From contig CAWFJP010000029.1 of assembly GCA_963816145.1 (NCBI GenBank), positions 256,001 to 320,000 on the forward strand: 64,000 bases of DNA. The letters are read 5' to 3'. Under the pieces are notes generated by a model, which was not told the DNA's origin, did no database searches, and saw only the letters and a program-made list of their open reading frames with translations. Both the position numbers and the translations under genes were made by a program. Positions within the stretch are counted from its first letter, which is position 1, and each line of letters begins with the position of its first letter. Below are positions 60,170-64,000 of this stretch, piece by piece. Origin of the DNA: an uncultured delta proteobacterium. Its GTDB lineage: Bacteria > Desulfobacterota > Binatia > UBA9968.

Positions 60170-61171
60170 ATGCTTGCTCCTGGTTTGTTAGCTTTCTTAG
60201 CATGCGTTCTGACTGCCAGTGCAGCGGTGGAGGTGTCGGCGCAAGTTAAGCCGGAGAAATTGCGTATCGGCTATGCCGCGCGCGCCGTGGCGCACTCGGT
60301 GCCGTTCGTCGCCAAGGAGGCGGGCTTTTTTGCCGAGGAAGGGATTAACGCCGAGATTATCCATACGGCGGGATCGATAGCACCGATGGCTTTGGCGGCT
60401 AATGAAGTCGATATGACGATCATGTCGGCCTATCTGATGATTCCGGTCTCCGTGCAGAATCGCGATGTCGTCATGCTCGGCGGATTTTCCCGTTACGCTT
60501 CGATGGTGTTCGTGGCGCGCCCGGATATCAAGAAGCCGCAGGATTTGAAGGGTAAGATAGTCGGCATTCAGCGTCCCGGCGACGCTTACGAGAAAAGCGC
60601 CCGTTTCGCCTTGAAACATATCGGCCTGGATGCCGACAAAGACGTCACGCTGCTGGCCCTCGGCAGCAATGACGTGATGTGGGGCGCGCTCAATACCAAT
60701 CGGGTGGCGGCCACCGTGCTGTCGCCGCCGGGCACGCTGTTCGCGCGCAAAGCCGGCATGAATTTCATGGTCGATTTGACCGACTTGAAGTTGGAATATC
60801 AGGGCTCGACGATCACCACGCGCCGTTCTCTCGTTCAGAAAAATCCCCAGCTCGCGACCCGGGCGATGCGCGCGATCGTCCGCGGCGTGCATCTGTTCAA
60901 GACGCGGAAAGAAGAGACCACGAGAATCTTGAGCAAGTTTCTCGGCACCAAAGATCCTGACGGATTGACCGAGTCTTGGGAGTACGCGGCGAAAATGCCG
61001 GCCAAGCCCTACGCTTTTGAGAGCGCCGTGCAAGCGGTGTTGGATCATTTGGCCGAAGGCCAGCCCAAGTACGCGCAGTACAAGCCCGGCGAATTCATCG
61101 ACGCGCGCACCCTCGTGGAAATCGACAAGAGCGGCTATATCGACAAGCTTTACGGCGGGCAGGCGAGATAG
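60170..61171 (+). CDS. NMT1/SsuA-like ABC substrate-binding protein
   Basis: Signal peptide; 'EAGFF.EEG', 'DLKGK.VG', '[11 protein letters not shown]'. Confidence 0.82.
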   Translation: MLAPGLLAFLACVLTASAAVEVSAQVKPEKLRIGYAARAVAHSVPFVAKEAGFFAEEGINAEIIHTAGSIAPMALAANEVDMTIMSAYLMIPVSVQNRDVVMLGGFSRYASMVFVARPDIKKPQDLKGKIVGIQRPGDAYEKSARFALKHIGLDADKDVTLLALGSNDVMWGALNTNRVAATVLSPPGTLFARKAGMNFMVDLTDLKLEYQGSTITTRRSLVQKNPQLATRAMRAIVRGVHLFKTRKEETTRILSKFLGTKDPDGLTESWEYAAKMPAKPYAFESAVQAVLDHLAEGQPKYAQYKPGEFIDARTLVEIDKSGYIDKLYGGQAR

Positions 61172-61182
61172 TTCGGGGCGCC

Positions 61183-63225
61183 ATGTTACGCGATCAAGAC
61201 AGCGGCCAGTTCCGGCTGGTTTCCGAGTTCAAACCTCAAGGCGATCAGCCCCAGGCGATCGATAAGCTGGTTAAAGGGCTAGCGGCCAAGCGGCGCCACC
61301 AGGTGCTGTTGGGTGTGACAGGGTCAGGCAAGACCTTCACGATGGCCAATGTCGTCGCCCGGGTAAACCGGCCGACCCTTGTCATCGCCCCGAACAAGAC
61401 GCTCGCCGCGCAACTCTATGAAGAGTTTCGCCTGCTGTTCCCGGAAAACGCGGTGCGCTACTTCGTTAGCTATTACGATTACTACCAACCGGAAGCGTAC
61501 CTGCCGTCCACCGACACCTACATCGAAAAAGATTCGTCGATCAACGACGAGATCGATAAACTGCGCCACTCGGCGACCAAGGCGCTGCTCGAACGGCGCG
61601 ATACTTTGATCGTCGCCAGCGTCTCGTGCATCTACGGCTTGGGCTCGCCGGAAGCATACTTCGATCTGATGGTCTACGTCGAAGAAGGCGCGACGGTCAA
61701 TCGCGATCAGATGCTGCGCAAGCTGGTGGATATCCAGTATCAACGCAGTGACTACGATTTCCACCGGGGCACGTTTCGCGTGCGCGGCGATATCGTCGAA
61801 GTCTTTCCCGCATATGAAGACCGTTCGGCCCTGCGCATCGAATTTTTCGACGAGACCATCGAGTCGATTCACGAAGTCGATCCGATCCGCGGCAAGATTT
61901 TGCGGCGCGTCGACAAGGCGACCATCTATCCGGCAAGCCATTATGTCACCGGGCAAGACCGGCGAAAGCAGGCCGTGCTGGGGATCCGTTTGGAGCTGAA
62001 AGAGCGGCTGAAGGAGCTCCAAGACCAGCGTAAATTATTGGAGGCGCAACGTCTGCAACAGCGCACGCTCTACGACCTCGAATTGTTGGAAGAGATGGGC
62101 TTCTGCCCGGGGATCGAAAACTACTCGCGCCACTTGACCGGCCGCCAGCCGGGCGAGCCGCCACCGACTTTGCTAAGTTACTTTCCCAATGATTTTCTCC
62201 TGGTGATCGACGAGAGCCATGTCACCGTGCCGCAAATCGGCGGCATGTATCGCGGCGACCGCTCGCGCAAAGAGACCTTGGTCGAGTACGGCTTTCGCTT
62301 GCCGTCGGCCCTCGACAACCGGCCGCTCAATTTCGACGAGTTCGCGTCGATGATCAACCAAACCATTTACGTTTCGGCGACGCCGGCGCCCTTCGAGCTA
62401 CGCGAAAGCAACGGCGCGGTAATCGAGCAAGTGATCCGCCCCACCGGTTTGATGGACCCGGCGATCATGGTGCGTCCGGCGCGCACTCAAGTGGACGATC
62501 TGCTGGAGGAGATCCGCACACGAGTCGAGCGCAAAGAGCGTGTGTTGGTGACTACATTGACCAAGCGCATGGCCGAGGACCTGACGGAATATTATCAAGA
62601 TCTCAACGTCAAAGTCCGCTACTTGCACTCGGACATCGAGACTCTGGAACGGGTCGAGATCATCCGCCAACTGCGCAGCGGCCAGTTCGATGTGCTGGTC
62701 GGCATCAACCTTCTGCGCGAAGGGTTGGATTTGCCGGAAGTGTCTTTGGTGGCGATTCTCGATGCCGACAAAGAAGGCTTTCTGCGCTCCGACCGATCGC
62801 TGATCCAGACCATCGGCCGTGCCGCGCGTAACGTGAATGGCACGGTGATCCTCTACGCCGACGGCGTCACCGATTCAATGAAGCGCGCCATGGATGAAAC
62901 CGAGCGGCGGCGCCGCTTGCAGGCGGCGTTCAACAAAAAGCATGGGATCACGCCGCAAACGATTATCAAGGCGCTGGGCTCACCGCTGGTGAAGATCTAC
63001 GACGCGGATTATGTCGACATTCCGATGGCGGCGGAAGGCGCCGCACAATATCGCCCAGGCGAGTTGAACCGGAAATTGCGCAAGCTGCAAAAGGAAATGA
63101 AAGAAGCGGCGCAAAAGTTGGAGTTCGAGCGCGCCGCGGAGTTGCGCGATCAGATCCGCCAACTGCAAAGCCAGGAGTTGGCGCTGCGGGATTCGCCGCT
63201 CGACTCCAGCATAGACGGCGATTGA
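61183..63225 (+). CDS. uvrB: Excinuclease ABC subunit B
   Basis: 'PQGDQPQAI', 'LGVTGSGKT', '[10 protein letters not shown]', 'DESH', '[13 protein letters not shown]', 'GRAARN', UVR tail. Confidence 0.98.
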   Translation: MLRDQDSGQFRLVSEFKPQGDQPQAIDKLVKGLAAKRRHQVLLGVTGSGKTFTMANVVARVNRPTLVIAPNKTLAAQLYEEFRLLFPENAVRYFVSYYDYYQPEAYLPSTDTYIEKDSSINDEIDKLRHSATKALLERRDTLIVASVSCIYGLGSPEAYFDLMVYVEEGATVNRDQMLRKLVDIQYQRSDYDFHRGTFRVRGDIVEVFPAYEDRSALRIEFFDETIESIHEVDPIRGKILRRVDKATIYPASHYVTGQDRRKQAVLGIRLELKERLKELQDQRKLLEAQRLQQRTLYDLELLEEMGFCPGIENYSRHLTGRQPGEPPPTLLSYFPNDFLLVIDESHVTVPQIGGMYRGDRSRKETLVEYGFRLPSALDNRPLNFDEFASMINQTIYVSATPAPFELRESNGAVIEQVIRPTGLMDPAIMVRPARTQVDDLLEEIRTRVERKERVLVTTLTKRMAEDLTEYYQDLNVKVRYLHSDIETLERVEIIRQLRSGQFDVLVGINLLREGLDLPEVSLVAILDADKEGFLRSDRSLIQTIGRAARNVNGTVILYADGVTDSMKRAMDETERRRRLQAAFNKKHGITPQTIIKALGSPLVKIYDADYVDIPMAAEGAAQYRPGELNRKLRKLQKEMKEAAQKLEFERAAELRDQIRQLQSQELALRDSPLDSSIDGD

Positions 63226-63237
63226 ACCAGCTCAGAT

Positions 63238-63630
63238 TCAGCGGGTTTCGTTTTCCGACTCTTGAGTGATGTTGACCGCTAGGTCCACCGGGTCGCGGCT
63301 GTCGCTGTCCGGTTGGCGGTAACGGACAAAGCGCACGGCGGTCTTGGGCTGTGGGTCGTTGAAGATGGTCGCGACGAAGAACACTGCGATGGCCAGGCCA
63401 CTGAGTGAGTAGAGGACAAAGGGTTGCATGGAACCGGTGGAAGAAAGATATTCGCCCCATTGAACCATGAAGCCGAGGTAGAAGGTAAATAGATAGGTTA
63501 TCAGAAGACAAATCTTGACCCGATCCATGAGCAGGAATGGCAGTAGTCCAGCAATGAAGAAAAACACTTGCCAGATCGGGATGAGCTGGTTGAATACTCC
63601 CAAGTGCATTAGATTGTCGATATCGAACAT
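63238..63630 (-). CDS. Hypothetical membrane protein
   Basis: AGGAG RBS; three hydrophobic segments. Confidence 0.65.
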   Translation of the reverse strand: MFDIDNLMHLGVFNQLIPIWQVFFFIAGLLPFLLMDRVKICLLITYLFTFYLGFMVQWGEYLSSTGSMQPFVLYSLSGLAIAVFFVATIFNDPQPKTAVRFVRYRQPDSDSRDPVDLAVNITQESENETR

Positions 63631-63882
63631 GGTGGCTCCTGGTTCCGTGGTCTGTCGCGAAATCTACTCGATTACCTGGGTCTTGACTCAAAAGTTATGC
63701 CAACGATGCCTTGTCGTGCCCGCGGTAACGCCAGGTAGCGATTTGTCAGGGTCGGTGATTTTGCTCCCTGCACACGTCTTGTCCTATCGTGCGCAGGTGT
63801 CGTTCTTCCTGACTCTCTTGTTCCTTTCGAAGCGGTGGCTGTACGGAAACTTCCTATACAAACCGCGGATCATGCCGTGAAC

Positions 63883-64000
63883 ATGCTGACCGAAAAACTC
63901 GCCGGCTTGCCGTCCAGACCGGGCGTTTATCTGATGCGCGAAACTAGCGGCAAGGTCATCTACGTTGGCAAGGCCAAGGATCTGCGGATGCGGGTACGGG
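63883..64000 (+). CDS. uvrC: Excinuclease ABC subunit C, 5' end (partial)
   Basis: [39 protein letters not shown] matches the GIY-YIG N-terminus. Confidence 0.88.
   Translation, partial: MLTEKLAGLPSRPGVYLMRETSGKVIYVGKAKDLRMRVR

Noticed and set aside
1-64000. CRISPR array, rRNA, tRNA, integrase or transposase
   Set aside because: I saw no regularly spaced repeat-spacer array and no recognisable RNA gene or recombinase ORF.

Overview
GC-rich bacterial chromosomal window. The gene-family style (orphan NMT1/SsuA-type binding proteins, amidohydrolase, bicupin, palindromic intergenic repeats) suggests a Deltaproteobacteria-like or Ca. Binatia genome; this is inference only. Three blocks are visible. 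(1) About 1-38.5 kb is a phosphate-economy island. It holds a Tmk-like tail, CHAD-sixA-pseudo-arsC-ppx, psiE, usp, an ars operon, PhoX-like and PhoD phosphatases, PAP2 and EEP hydrolases, a Fe3+/organophosphate-type ABC importer, glgP-corA, a GT4/PLP-aminotransferase-fusion/PEMT operon, ppk1, an atypical pyruvate kinase and an exported Ppx-like protein. Many of its promoters carry an 11-bp-periodic (T/G)TAAC-type direct repeat resembling a Pho box. (2) About 38.9-50 kb is a selenoneine/ergothioneine neighbourhood: senB (frameshifted), senA, a GH84 O-GlcNAcase-like gene co-oriented upstream (no senC/selD in the window), egtD, and an EgtU/OpuC-like importer. (3) About 50-64 kb has miscellaneous catabolic and transport genes, uvrB and the start of uvrC. 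I saw no CRISPR array, rRNA, tRNA or transposase. Three single-base frameshifts suggest indel-prone assembly or recent decay. All calls rest on motif recognition by eye; no database searches were run.
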